A stretch of 35,078 bases of DNA, from positions 1-35,078 of the IMG/VR virus record IMGVR_UViG_3300032218_002070; one strand, given 5' to 3'. The position numbers and the translations under genes were made by a program. Source of the stretch: a virus (Duplodnaviria; Caudoviricetes). Below the pieces are notes generated by a model. That model made no database searches and had not been told where the DNA came from. It saw only the letters and a list, made by a program, of their open reading frames with translations. Of the stretch, positions 1 through 9,347 are shown piece by piece. How positions within the stretch are numbered: position 1 is the first letter of the stretch; the number at the start of each line of letters is the position of its first letter.

Positions 1-294
1 AAGATTACTTAATTCAATTTCAATTGGTGAATCATTTAAGTCGCTAACAATTGCTTCATTAACAACATTTTCAATTGCACTATCACATTCTGGGTGAAGG
101 GACATTTCACGATATCTTTTAATTAGGTCATATTCATTTCTGAATACTCCTTCAATATCTACATATTGCCCATAAAATCCACTAGTTAGATAATAATCAG
201 CCCCATCCTCGTTATTCTCGGGGATGGGGGATAATGCACTTTTAGGTAATTTACTACTTTCATCATCAATCGAAAACCCAAAAAGTCTTGCCAT
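1..294 (-). CDS. g20: Portal vertex protein gp20, N-terminal 98 aa (runs off the window edge)
   Basis: Not in the ORF track. Translated by hand from ATG at 294: MARLFGFSIDDESSKLPKSALSPIPENNEDGADYYLTSGFYGQYVDIEGVFRNEYDLIKRYREMSLHPECDSAIENVVNEAIVSDLNDSPIEIELSNL, the typical T4-like cyanophage portal N-terminus. It lies directly after g19. Confidence 0.96.
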   Translation of the reverse strand, partial: MARLFGFSIDDESSKLPKSALSPIPENNEDGADYYLTSGFYGQYVDIEGVFRNEYDLIKRYREMSLHPECDSAIENVVNEAIVSDLNDSPIEIELSNL

Positions 295-316
295 TGTATA
301 ATTTTAAACTATGTAC

Positions 317-324
317 TATTTAGA
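317..324 (-). promoter_or_regulatory. T4-type late promoter (TCTAAATA) upstream of g20
   Basis: Minus strand reads TCTAAATA, overlapping the g19 stop codon and 22 nt before the g20 ATG. Matches the TAAATA core of the T4 late promoter TATAAATA. Confidence 0.7.
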
Positions 325-973
325 TGATGTCTGAAGCGTTGGTTCCAGTGAATGCTTCCCAGTATTGAACTTGAAGATCTACAGTAAATTCTTCAATTTC
401 ATTTTCATTATTGTAAGAAAGGTCAATAGCAGAAACTGCAGTTGGAAACACACCTTTTACTACATACTTTCTTAAAGTTTCAATTTGTTGAGTGTTAGTT
501 ACATTAGGAACAACACCAGGACCTCTTGAAAGTTGAGCAACATTCATATCTGCCATATATTCTGATGGGTTGATAGTACCAGATCCATCAGAAGTTTTAA
601 CAATATAATTAACCCATCTTTCAAAGAAACTTCTCCATTTGAAGTCTGTGTCATTAATAACTGTGATTGTCCAAATATCAAAGGTTCTATCTCCAGCAAT
701 TTTAAGAGTTCTACCTCTAAAAGGAACTGGGATTTCAGTAAGAGTAGAAGCAGGCATACCTGCTGCTTTAATAAGCATCAAGTCTCCCTGATCAAAAGTA
801 ACACCTAATTGAGAAAATACTGAGTTTGTTGCTCCTGTGGATGTTGCAGTTGTGCCTGGAAGTCCACCTTGCTCTGATCCAAAACTTACTTCAAATAAGT
901 TACTACGAGCACCACCGCCTTTAAGTTTAGTCTTAAAGGCATCAATAGTTCTGTCTTGAAAATTAATAGCCAT
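320..973 (-). CDS. g19: Tail tube protein gp19
   Basis: Motifs GGGARSNLFEV, IPVPFRGRTLKIAGDRTFDIWTITVINDTDF and IEEFTVDLQVQYW. AGGAG SD upstream; lies between g18 and g20. Confidence 0.97.
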   Translation of the reverse strand: MAINFQDRTIDAFKTKLKGGGARSNLFEVSFGSEQGGLPGTTATSTGATNSVFSQLGVTFDQGDLMLIKAAGMPASTLTEIPVPFRGRTLKIAGDRTFDIWTITVINDTDFKWRSFFERWVNYIVKTSDGSGTINPSEYMADMNVAQLSRGPGVVPNVTNTQQIETLRKYVVKGVFPTAVSAIDLSYNNENEIEEFTVDLQVQYWEAFTGTNASDII

Positions 974-993
974 TTTAGTTTCTCCTGATTAAA

Positions 994-3129
994 TTAAACT
1001 GTTCCTACAATTGTTTCAAATGAAACCCCAGTCCTGGTAGCAACAAAGGTGAGACCAATAAAGTTGATTGATCTTGCTGGTTTCACATAGATATCAGCAA
1101 TAAACTCATTTCTATCAATTACATCAGGGGTGTTGTTTGTTTCATCACAAACTAAGAGGAAGTCAGTAATTCCTCTCTTAATTTGAACATCTCTTAAGTA
1201 TGGTTCAACAATATTGATAAAGTTTGCTCTTGTAGTAGCATCATTAAATTCAAAGAGTTGAGCATCTGCTGCACCTTTAACTGCTTGCTCAAGTGTAATG
1301 AAAAGTCTTCTAACATTAATTCTATCAAAAGCAGATTGATAAGAGAGAGCAGTTTTATCTCCAAAAAGAATAATACCTGCACCAGGAGATGAAATAATAG
1401 GATTAATTCTTTGTGAATAAAGTTTATCCCTATCATCCTGTCCTGGATTGTATGCAAGTTTAATTGGAAACTTCAGTGTTCCTCTTGATTTACCTGCAGG
1501 TGAGTACCAAGGAAATTGATCAATATCAGTTCTTGCACAAAGTCCAGCAACATCTCCAGAGCAAGGAATGTACACAAACTGTTGATTAAATCTATCATAA
1601 ACATATTGATAACCACTATCAAATACTGCATAAGATGAAGAAGTTAGTGGGGAGAAGAATGAAAGAACATTTGCAAGTTGTGTTGCAGCAGGAGTTACAT
1701 TAACAATTGCAGTTCTATTTGGTGAAATAAAAGCAATACAATCTTTTCTTGATTCTGCAATACTAATCAATTTATTTGCTTTTGCTTGTTCATCTGAAGC
1801 ACCTAAAGAAGCACCTCCTTGAAGTAAGAAATTAAGTTCTACACTAGTAGCATTTGAAAATAAATCATATGCATTTGAAATATCAGTCAGATTTACTTGG
1901 AACCCACCAATGTTATTAGTTCCACTATAATCTTGACCTCCAGTTAAACTATAAGAAACATTTCCTATTGAGTTAAAAGTTACTCCTTCAGTAGCAACTC
2001 CCCAAACACCTGTAGTAATATCTTGTGCAGTAAACCCAGAACTAAACTTAACTGATACTGGAGCAGTACCCCAATATGCATCAGAAGTATCGCCTACTGA
2101 TTTGCCTGAATAAATGTAATTTGAATTTAATGCAAGATAATCTTTATAATATACATTCTGTGATGGTGAAATTTTAGTATCAGTTGCTTTAGAAAGATTA
2201 AGGAATTTTTCTAAAATTGTTTGGGGTGTTCCAGAAACATTTCCAACTTTTTTACTATCTACAACTACAACGTGGAAAGCATCATTTCCACCACCTCTTT
2301 CTGTTACATAACCATTTGTTTTTGGTTTAGTAGCAATACTTCTCCAAGAAACTGTAGTATTATCTCCTTTTGCTGTATCCAATACATTTTGAGTATTGTA
2401 CCAATCAGAAACTGAAGTTGGTGTTACTGTTGCAGTTGTAAGACCAGATGATGTATGAACAGTTATAGCAGTTGATGCTTTAAATGCATAAACACCATTC
2501 TCTGTATATTCATTAGAAGTTGTTTTTACATAAAGAGTTGATGCACCAATTCCAGTGATAATTCCTCTTAAATAACCAGATGCTGTTGAGGTTGTTCCTA
2601 CACCAGGAATAACACCAGACAATGCTTGAGATACTCCATAACCAACAGCAGCTCCAGTGGTACTAACTCCAGTCAGAGTTTGATCTGCAAAGTTATCAAT
2701 TACACAAACTTTGAGACCTTCTGCCCAATATCCTGAATTTTTAGCAATCCAGTAGTAACTTGAGTTTGAATAATAGTTTTGATTATAATCATCATAATTA
2801 TCAATTGCTACTGAAGTTGATGAAACACCAACACCAGCATTTGAATTTCTTAAATTGTCTCCTCCACATCTAACAACTTTTAAACTTCCGCCATATGAAA
2901 GGAAATTAGATGCTGAATACCATGATTCATAATGGTAATCATTAACTGAAGGTTTGCCAAAAATTGATACTAAATCATTTTCACTTGTAATAGTAATGAT
3001 TTGATTTACTGGACCTTTTGCAAAAGGTGCAGCAATTCCAGCTGATAAAGATGTGGTATTACTAATTCCACCTCTTGTTAAATCTACTTCTCTTACTTTA
3101 ATACCTGGAGATGCTAAGCTAAGCGCCAT
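994..3129 (-). CDS. g18: Tail sheath protein gp18
   Basis: N-terminal LASPGIKVREVDLT; C-terminal PWYSPAG, FGDKT, SAFDRINVRRLF and YVKPARSINFIGLTFVATRTGVSF. GAGGAG SD upstream. Confidence 0.98.
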   Translation of the reverse strand: MALSLASPGIKVREVDLTRGGISNTTSLSAGIAAPFAKGPVNQIITITSENDLVSIFGKPSVNDYHYESWYSASNFLSYGGSLKVVRCGGDNLRNSNAGVGVSSTSVAIDNYDDYNQNYYSNSSYYWIAKNSGYWAEGLKVCVIDNFADQTLTGVSTTGAAVGYGVSQALSGVIPGVGTTSTASGYLRGIITGIGASTLYVKTTSNEYTENGVYAFKASTAITVHTSSGLTTATVTPTSVSDWYNTQNVLDTAKGDNTTVSWRSIATKPKTNGYVTERGGGNDAFHVVVVDSKKVGNVSGTPQTILEKFLNLSKATDTKISPSQNVYYKDYLALNSNYIYSGKSVGDTSDAYWGTAPVSVKFSSGFTAQDITTGVWGVATEGVTFNSIGNVSYSLTGGQDYSGTNNIGGFQVNLTDISNAYDLFSNATSVELNFLLQGGASLGASDEQAKANKLISIAESRKDCIAFISPNRTAIVNVTPAATQLANVLSFFSPLTSSSYAVFDSGYQYVYDRFNQQFVYIPCSGDVAGLCARTDIDQFPWYSPAGKSRGTLKFPIKLAYNPGQDDRDKLYSQRINPIISSPGAGIILFGDKTALSYQSAFDRINVRRLFITLEQAVKGAADAQLFEFNDATTRANFINIVEPYLRDVQIKRGITDFLLVCDETNNTPDVIDRNEFIADIYVKPARSINFIGLTFVATRTGVSFETIVGTV

Positions 3130-3166
3130 TTTGACTCCTCTAAATGCTTCATTTTTGCTCTAAAAG

Positions 3167-3174
3167 TATTTATA
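3167..3174 (-). promoter_or_regulatory. T4 late promoter TATAAATA upstream of g18
   Basis: Perfect TATAAATA on the minus strand in the g17-g18 gap. Confidence 0.9.
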
Positions 3175-3185
3175 AATTTCTCCTT

Positions 3186-4832
3186 TTACCTGTATTCCCA
3201 CATATAAGACCTATCCCCATATTCATCTAAATTCCAAACATCACCATCAGTATCAACTATTGGTTCATCTTCTATTCCAGTAAGAACAAATCCAAATGGA
3301 GCCATGTCTTGTTCTATTTGATTTTTTTGTTCTTCATACAATCTTTTCCTAACATCCTGTTCTGTAAGTTCTTTAAAATAGTCTTGTGCTACTAACCAAG
3401 CATAGATTACAAGGCACATTGCCAAATCATCATTACAACCCTCTTCTGCCTCAAAGGAGTTGTGTTTCTGAATGAATGTAGTGAGTTCACTAATAATCTC
3501 ATAATCATTGAAAATAAGTTTATCTTCTTCAATCATAGTTTTAAGATTTAAGCAACCAACTTTCTTAACTGTTTTGGACATTTTAAGACCAAGTTGAGTT
3601 TTCTTTCCTGAAAATCCTTGTCCTACAATCTGACCTGCTCTACCACGCATAGAACACATAAGAAGATTTTGATACTCTAAATCATACTGAATGATTGCTG
3701 CTACTTGGTCTCCAACATCATTAACTTCACAAAGTATAAATGCATTATTATAATTCTTTGCTACATCATAAATGATATTTGGAAATAGCATAGGTTTGAT
3801 TTCATTATTCCTATATTTTGCTGCAATTTGATGTGGAAAAGACGTGATATCGAATACAACAAACGCGGAGTAGTCACTACCAACTCCTCTTGCCACATCA
3901 ACAGTAATCAAATAATCTTTATCTGGATCTGAATTTTGATAAACATCCAATCCCTTATTTTGTTTGATTGGAGTATCATATACTAAACTTTTAAGTTTGC
4001 TTGGTGCAATCAGAGTATCAACAGAACCTAAAAATTCACACTCAAATTCAATTTTAAATTGTTGTTCTGAAGTGTTTGCAATAGTTTGTTCTTTCCACTT
4101 TGCATCTCTTCCTGGAACTTCTGACCAGTGAACATCAGTGGGAATATATTCATTCTTACCTCTTTCTGCATCATGCCACAAACGGTAGAAATGATTCATA
4201 CCATGTGGAGTAGAAACTATAATAACCTTTGTAGATTGTCCAGAAGAAATTGTAGGATATACAGATGCAAAGAAGTCGTCAGCAAGGTGATTTTGAACGA
4301 ATGCAAATTCATCAAGGAAGATGATGTTATAAGAACCACCCCTAACTGCAGATGCTGATGTAGAAGCAGCAAGGATCTTGGAACCATTCTCCAGTTCCAT
4401 AGAACCTTTGTTCCAGGCTAGAATGCCTTGTTGGAGCCATTTAGGGAGGTTTTCATATGCAGTTTGCAATCTTGATAACAAATCTCTTGCAGTAGATGCT
4501 TTGTTAGCAAGAATAGCAATATTTACATTATCATTAAAAATAGCATAATGAAGTAAATAAGATACAACAGTTGTAGATTTACCTGTCTGACGAGGCATCT
4601 TACAAATGTTAAATCTATTATTATGGAAATTTCTAATTAACTTTTCTTGGAAATCATATGGTCTAAATGGTTGAAGACCATGATCCAGTGTTACAATCTG
4701 GACATATGATTTTGCAAAATATACTGGATCATTCTTACATTTTACAAATTCAACAATTTGGTCTTGTGAAAATTGTATAGGAGTATTTGCCTTTTTTAAA
4801 AGGGGATTGCCTAAGTAAATATTATCTGCCAT
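3186..4832 (-). CDS. g17: Terminase large subunit gp17
   Basis: YLGNPLLKKAN start, Walker A PRQTGKST, Walker B IIFLDEFAF, motif III STPHG, and nuclease acidic motifs VDVARG, EVND and NDDLAM. Uninterrupted. Confidence 0.98.
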   Translation of the reverse strand: MADNIYLGNPLLKKANTPIQFSQDQIVEFVKCKNDPVYFAKSYVQIVTLDHGLQPFRPYDFQEKLIRNFHNNRFNICKMPRQTGKSTTVVSYLLHYAIFNDNVNIAILANKASTARDLLSRLQTAYENLPKWLQQGILAWNKGSMELENGSKILAASTSASAVRGGSYNIIFLDEFAFVQNHLADDFFASVYPTISSGQSTKVIIVSTPHGMNHFYRLWHDAERGKNEYIPTDVHWSEVPGRDAKWKEQTIANTSEQQFKIEFECEFLGSVDTLIAPSKLKSLVYDTPIKQNKGLDVYQNSDPDKDYLITVDVARGVGSDYSAFVVFDITSFPHQIAAKYRNNEIKPMLFPNIIYDVAKNYNNAFILCEVNDVGDQVAAIIQYDLEYQNLLMCSMRGRAGQIVGQGFSGKKTQLGLKMSKTVKKVGCLNLKTMIEEDKLIFNDYEIISELTTFIQKHNSFEAEEGCNDDLAMCLVIYAWLVAQDYFKELTEQDVRKRLYEEQKNQIEQDMAPFGFVLTGIEDEPIVDTDGDVWNLDEYGDRSYMWEYR

Positions 4833-4852
4833 AACAAAAAATTCCTATTAGA

Positions 4853-5812
4853 TTAACAATTCCACTTTCTTAAAGATTTATTGATTCTTGAATCTGGATC
4901 ATGTGCAGTTTTTGCACTAGTTAATTTTGCTTTCATCCCACTCATACGAGCACAGAATGACTTTCTTCTATTTGCAGATTTAGATCCTGCTTTTAATTCT
5001 GATGGTTTTTTAGTTACTGCAAGAGAAAGTTTTGAACCTGGATGTTCTTTTCTATAAGAGGCAATTCCTTTTTTGTTTAATCCACCTTCTGGATTCTTAC
5101 CTTCCTTTCTTTGCCATGCTGGAGATGCTTCTGCAAGTTGCATAAACTGTGAGAATGTAATGCAAGTATCTTCTGCAGGAACACAGTTTGGAACTTCTTT
5201 TCCACCTTTCATTTTGGTTCCTTTAGCAACTTTACCGGGCCAGCACTTAGATGCACCAACATTTTTACGTGCTTGTTTCAAATCTTCATTAAAAGTATAT
5301 TCTTCTTTTTTGGCAGTTTTTTCAGATTCTTTCCATGCTTTTGCAGTTGGATATCCTTCTTGTCCAGGTTTCTTAGGAGGAAGACCTTTTTCTTTTCTTT
5401 TATTTACATTATAATAAAGACCATGTTTTGCTTCTTCATCAACTTTACTTTCTCCACTATCAAGATAATCTGCAGCAGTATCTAAGTAATCTGATGCTTT
5501 GGTAATTTTTGATTGGACCCAAGCTTCAATATTACCTTCTCCTTTCATTCTTTTTTGCAATCTTTTAATAGCACTCATAGCAGTGCTTAATTCAGATCTA
5601 GCCATAGAATGCTCATGATCTTTTTCTTCTGGCATATTTGCAGGATGAACAGTGGCAATAGAAAACCTTTTCCACATTTCTGGTCCAAACTTGCATTCTT
5701 GTTGGGTTTCGGATTTCTTACAGAGATTGCAATATCTTTTTCCTTCCAATCCCATTCTAGAATTTTCTACAGATTCTTTCATATCTTTAATCCAAGTATC
5801 TACTGCGTTCAT
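4853..5812 (-). CDS. Modular, Lys-rich protein with C-terminal DUF6321-like domain; candidate head-internal protein
   Basis: 319 aa, overlapping the g16 stop. It is a series of short modules: CxxC..C, an 'EAWVQSKITKASDYL' helix, a 'GLYYNVNKRK..PG..GYPT' basic module, a 'CWPG..K.KGGK.VPNCVP' module, and C-terminal 'AWQRKEGKNPEGGLN...RRKSFCARM...SRINKSLRKWNC'. Confidence 0.75.
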   Translation of the reverse strand: MNAVDTWIKDMKESVENSRMGLEGKRYCNLCKKSETQQECKFGPEMWKRFSIATVHPANMPEEKDHEHSMARSELSTAMSAIKRLQKRMKGEGNIEAWVQSKITKASDYLDTAADYLDSGESKVDEEAKHGLYYNVNKRKEKGLPPKKPGQEGYPTAKAWKESEKTAKKEEYTFNEDLKQARKNVGASKCWPGKVAKGTKMKGGKEVPNCVPAEDTCITFSQFMQLAEASPAWQRKEGKNPEGGLNKKGIASYRKEHPGSKLSLAVTKKPSELKAGSKSANRRKSFCARMSGMKAKLTSAKTAHDPDSRINKSLRKWNC

Positions 5813-6234
5813 TTAACTTCAGTTTCTTCTACATTATTTAGAAGACCTTGTTTTATAAGTTTAGATAGTTCTGCTGTTGAACCTACAAACAGTGAATTAT
5901 TAACTGTTGTTGGACCTTTTTGTGGAGCATCTAAATCCCTCATTTTTTTCTGAAGGTCAATTAACTTATCTGTAGTATCTGCAACAGATTTAATTAATTG
6001 ACCAGCAACTTCAAATGCTCTTGGATGTCCTGATTCTTGTGCTATTTCTAATATGCCATCAACTGCTTCTTGACCTTTTGAGATTAATTTATAAAGTTGA
6101 CCTCTACTATATTCATAATCTTTTTGAGGATCATTTGAAGAATCTATTGAAGCAATTTCGACAGAATCTACTATAGGGACAATTGATGTCTCTATATTAA
6201 GAGATTCTTCTATCTTGGAGAATTTGTTTCCCAT
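5809..6234 (-). CDS. g16: Terminase small subunit gp16
   Basis: KDYEYSRGQLYKLISKGQEAVDGIL, HPRAFEVAGQLIKSVADTTDKLIDLQKK and NNSLFVGSTAEL. Follows g15. Confidence 0.96.
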   Translation of the reverse strand: MGNKFSKIEESLNIETSIVPIVDSVEIASIDSSNDPQKDYEYSRGQLYKLISKGQEAVDGILEIAQESGHPRAFEVAGQLIKSVADTTDKLIDLQKKMRDLDAPQKGPTTVNNSLFVGSTAELSKLIKQGLLNNVEETEVK

Positions 6235-6251
6235 ACACTATATATCAAATA

Positions 6252-7100
6252 TCAAATATCAGTTCCCTGTGTGGGACTAAATTCTTTAAAATCTTGGAAA
6301 TCTATAATTTCTTCATTAAATCCAAAGTCATCTCCATAAGGAATTAATGGGTCATCAGCAGCATCAATAACATCATCATTATTATAGTCTTGAAGTGCTT
6401 TTGGTGTTGCAGTATATCTAACTTCACGTTTTGCATTTAATAAAGCATCAGTTGCATAATCAACTTGAACTTTCTTAATAAGTCCTTGACTATCTTCTGG
6501 AATTTCATTAAATAGATATGTTTTTACAGTAAAGCTTAAAGTGTATACAATAACTCTTCTTGTAGTATAATCACCTTCATAATCATCTCTGAACCCAACT
6601 CTATTTAAAATAATAGGAATATCTCTTATTTCATTAATTTCTGGAATTAATCTAACACTTACATTAAATGCTGGTTGAAAAGAAGGAAGAATTTGTTCTA
6701 CAATCTGAAGTACATCATCTTGAATTTTGCCTAAAATATTAAGTTCAAATCCAATATTGTATGGAACTGGTGAATAGATGTTGTTTATTACCTTACCATC
6801 AGATGCTTTTGGTGCTTTAAATGTTTGAATGACTGATGATTTTCTTTGTGCATCATAATCTATTGAAGTCATTTCAAATGACATTCTTGGAAGAGTTAAT
6901 GCAATCTTTCTATCACCCGCTGGTTGTTGTTCAATCCTTGCTAAGAATTTTTGAACAGGTCCATAAGAAAGAGGAACTTTTAGTACTGATACTGGATTAT
7001 TAGTTTCATCATAATGTCTAACTTGAATGTCATTAAATAAAGTCCCAAAAGCAGTTACTGTTTTGCTTATTGCTTTATGGTAAAAGTATCTTCCAAACAT
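6252..7100 (-). CDS. g15: Tail sheath stabiliser / tail completion protein gp15
   Basis: YFYH..I.KTVTAFGTLFNDI, KVPLSYGPVQKFLARI, LPRMSFEM, QIVEQILPSFQP and DDYEGD. Confidence 0.95.
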   Translation of the reverse strand: MFGRYFYHKAISKTVTAFGTLFNDIQVRHYDETNNPVSVLKVPLSYGPVQKFLARIEQQPAGDRKIALTLPRMSFEMTSIDYDAQRKSSVIQTFKAPKASDGKVINNIYSPVPYNIGFELNILGKIQDDVLQIVEQILPSFQPAFNVSVRLIPEINEIRDIPIILNRVGFRDDYEGDYTTRRVIVYTLSFTVKTYLFNEIPEDSQGLIKKVQVDYATDALLNAKREVRYTATPKALQDYNNDDVIDAADDPLIPYGDDFGFNEEIIDFQDFKEFSPTQGTDI

Positions 7101-7124
7101 TTTAATTCTTTGTAAAGTTTATTT

Positions 7125-8501
7125 TTAAACTTCACCAAATGGGTTGACTTCGGTAAATACTAAAATATCATTAGATTCTTGTTGTATTTCCTCATCTTCA
7201 TCAAATGCTGAAGTTGTTTCGAATGTATTATATTTAGACACAATGTAAGTAGCACTTGAAGCAGCACCTACAATTACATCTCCAACAATAAAGTCTGTTC
7301 CAAATCCAGTAACTTTTAATTGTTTAGTTTCTGAATTCCAAATTTTAACTAAACCAGATGCCCCAGAGATAGATCCTGTAACCACTTCATTAAATATAAA
7401 GTTGCCTGATGAAACACTAGATCCTGCACTAATTGTTATAGTTGGTGCTGCAGTATATCCATAACCAGCATTTAAAATTCTAATAGTAGAAATTCCTCCA
7501 CTTGAATTTATAAATGCTTTTGCTATTGCAGTTACTCCTCCTCCAACTGGTCCAGATATAGTTACTGTAGGTTCTGTTGTATATCCTTCTCCAATATAAG
7601 ATAAGTTAATTTGACTAATACTTCCAGAAGTTGCTATGCCAACTTTAACTTCTGCATTATATCCACCACCACCATAAAAAGTTACTATTGGAGGTTTGCT
7701 TGGATTGTATCCAGATCCTGGATTTTCAATATAAACTTCATGTAAACTTTGAGAAGATAATAATCCTTTTTTACTTGTAGTAAATCCAACTAAAGTTCCT
7801 TTAACTCCACTCAATGGAGAAGATACTACCATAGATGGTGCAGAAGAATATCTATATCCACCATTGATAATATCTACTTTTTGGATTCCTCCAGTAACAA
7901 TAGTTGTATATGCTGTTGCAGTCATTCCTAATCCAGAAAGAGTTAATGTTGCATCATATCCAAGATCTTCTACTGACCTATCAACTTCATCAATTGTAGT
8001 ATTAATCTCTTCATCTTCCAATTCAAATACTTCACATCTTAATTCATAAACATAATTTTTTTGAAGTTGGTAAAATGGTTTCCTATTTTCTACATATTTA
8101 ATTTCCATCAAACTATCACTTAATGGAATGTATAATAAATCACCTTCATTGGGTCTTAAAGTATTTTTTACACCTTCAATACTTCTCATCAATTCTGCAA
8201 TATACAATTCAAATCTTTCTTTTGAAATTATTAAGGTCATTTCATCAGTAACTTTTACCCCAAACTTGGTCATTAAAACGCTATTTGGATCAAATCCTTC
8301 ATAGTTAACCAAATAGGCTTCTATTGGAAATGCCTTTTTAAATTTAGAATATAAAACTTCTTTGATTATTTTTCCTTCAGAAACAATCTGCCTAGGCATA
8401 TAGTAAATTTCTATGCCATACATTTTTAATTGTTCATTAATTAAATCTTGAACAAGACTTTGTTCACCTGTTGTTCCTTGTATAAAAAATGGATTTAACA
8501 T
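7125..8501 (-). CDS. g14: Neck protein gp14 (cyanophage long form with GxGY repeat insertion)
   Basis: LNPFF..G...EQSLVQDLINEQLKMYG, RPNEGDLLYIP, PFYQL and C-terminal E.NPFG. Central repeated I.xGxGY...P.V units. Confidence 0.93.
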   Translation of the reverse strand: MLNPFFIQGTTGEQSLVQDLINEQLKMYGIEIYYMPRQIVSEGKIIKEVLYSKFKKAFPIEAYLVNYEGFDPNSVLMTKFGVKVTDEMTLIISKERFELYIAELMRSIEGVKNTLRPNEGDLLYIPLSDSLMEIKYVENRKPFYQLQKNYVYELRCEVFELEDEEINTTIDEVDRSVEDLGYDATLTLSGLGMTATAYTTIVTGGIQKVDIINGGYRYSSAPSMVVSSPLSGVKGTLVGFTTSKKGLLSSQSLHEVYIENPGSGYNPSKPPIVTFYGGGGYNAEVKVGIATSGSISQINLSYIGEGYTTEPTVTISGPVGGGVTAIAKAFINSSGGISTIRILNAGYGYTAAPTITISAGSSVSSGNFIFNEVVTGSISGASGLVKIWNSETKQLKVTGFGTDFIVGDVIVGAASSATYIVSKYNTFETTSAFDEDEEIQQESNDILVFTEVNPFGEV

Positions 8502-8502
8502 A

Positions 8503-9333
8503 TTATCCTATCATATCAAATGGAGCAGTTTCATACTCACTCAACATTCTCAATCTAATTGCTTCTAATTCCCTTACAGCATCATCATAGATTTGTCTTC
8601 CATTCAATTCAATACCACCTGGAAGTTTAACTCCTTGGAACTTAATTAAGTTTTGTCCCCACTGCTTTTTAACCAAAGCAGTAAAATACATTTTTAGGAA
8701 AGAATCATTATAAACTTTAGTATAGTCATTTGGGTCAAGTATTCTATAACATTCCATAACAAGGTAGTTTCCAATAGTTACAGCATCCCAACTCATATCT
8801 AAATATAATCTATTTTGTCTTTTATTAAATCTAATTTGTCTTTGTGGATTAACAATCCAATCAATATCTTCAAGATATCTTTTGGTTACATAGTAATTTA
8901 AAAGTTCAGTTGAACTAAACCAGTAAATATCATTTAAGAATAATTGATAGTTAACATTAAATAAGTTGGATGTAATAGTTCTGTTGTCAAGTTTATATAC
9001 TCTTTCAACGCCAATAACTGTATCTGGAACTTGAATGTAGTTTGAGTTTTCTTCCCAATTAAATGATCCTGCTGGAGAAGTTGCTGTAGTAGTTATTATG
9101 CCAACATTATAATTTCCACCTCTAGATCTTCCTCTCTGAATATCTGCTTCTGTAAGTTTATACTTAAGAAACATTTTTTCAACACCATCAAAATGCCTTT
9201 CATTAAAATATTGCAAAGCGTCATCTAATCTATCATCAAGTTGCTCATCTGCAACGTTGATTTCTAAAACTGGAGCACCAAGTTGCCTTAAAGCATAATC
9301 TTTTAGTTCTTGTCTTGATGCAGGTTTTGACAT
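8503..9333 (-). CDS. g13: Neck protein gp13
   Basis: PASRQELKDYALRQLGAPVLEINV, HFDG and KKQWGQNLIKFQGVKLPGGIELNG. Confidence 0.96.
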   Translation of the reverse strand: MSKPASRQELKDYALRQLGAPVLEINVADEQLDDRLDDALQYFNERHFDGVEKMFLKYKLTEADIQRGRSRGGNYNVGIITTTATSPAGSFNWEENSNYIQVPDTVIGVERVYKLDNRTITSNLFNVNYQLFLNDIYWFSSTELLNYYVTKRYLEDIDWIVNPQRQIRFNKRQNRLYLDMSWDAVTIGNYLVMECYRILDPNDYTKVYNDSFLKMYFTALVKKQWGQNLIKFQGVKLPGGIELNGRQIYDDAVRELEAIRLRMLSEYETAPFDMIG

Positions 9334-9347
9334 TATTCCAATACTTT

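Noticed and set aside
1194-1457. 87-aa minus-strand ORF inside g18
   Set aside because: Alternative frame within the highly conserved sheath C-terminus; its Leu-rich composition is typical of off-frame translation.
3186-4832. Intein, intron or homing endonuclease in or next to the terminase gene
   Set aside because: gp17 is continuous and of normal length, and no HNH, GIY-YIG or LAGLIDADG motifs were seen nearby.
6239-6260. GATATATA late-promoter variant and short ATATCAA repeat before g16
   Set aside because: It mismatches the TAAATA core and lies only 4 nt from the ATG, and the repeat is too short to be meaningful. Possible but unsupported.
7400-7900. GxGY repeat block in gp14 as a novel insertion
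   Set aside because: Long gp14 proteins with such repeats are usual in T4-like cyanophages.
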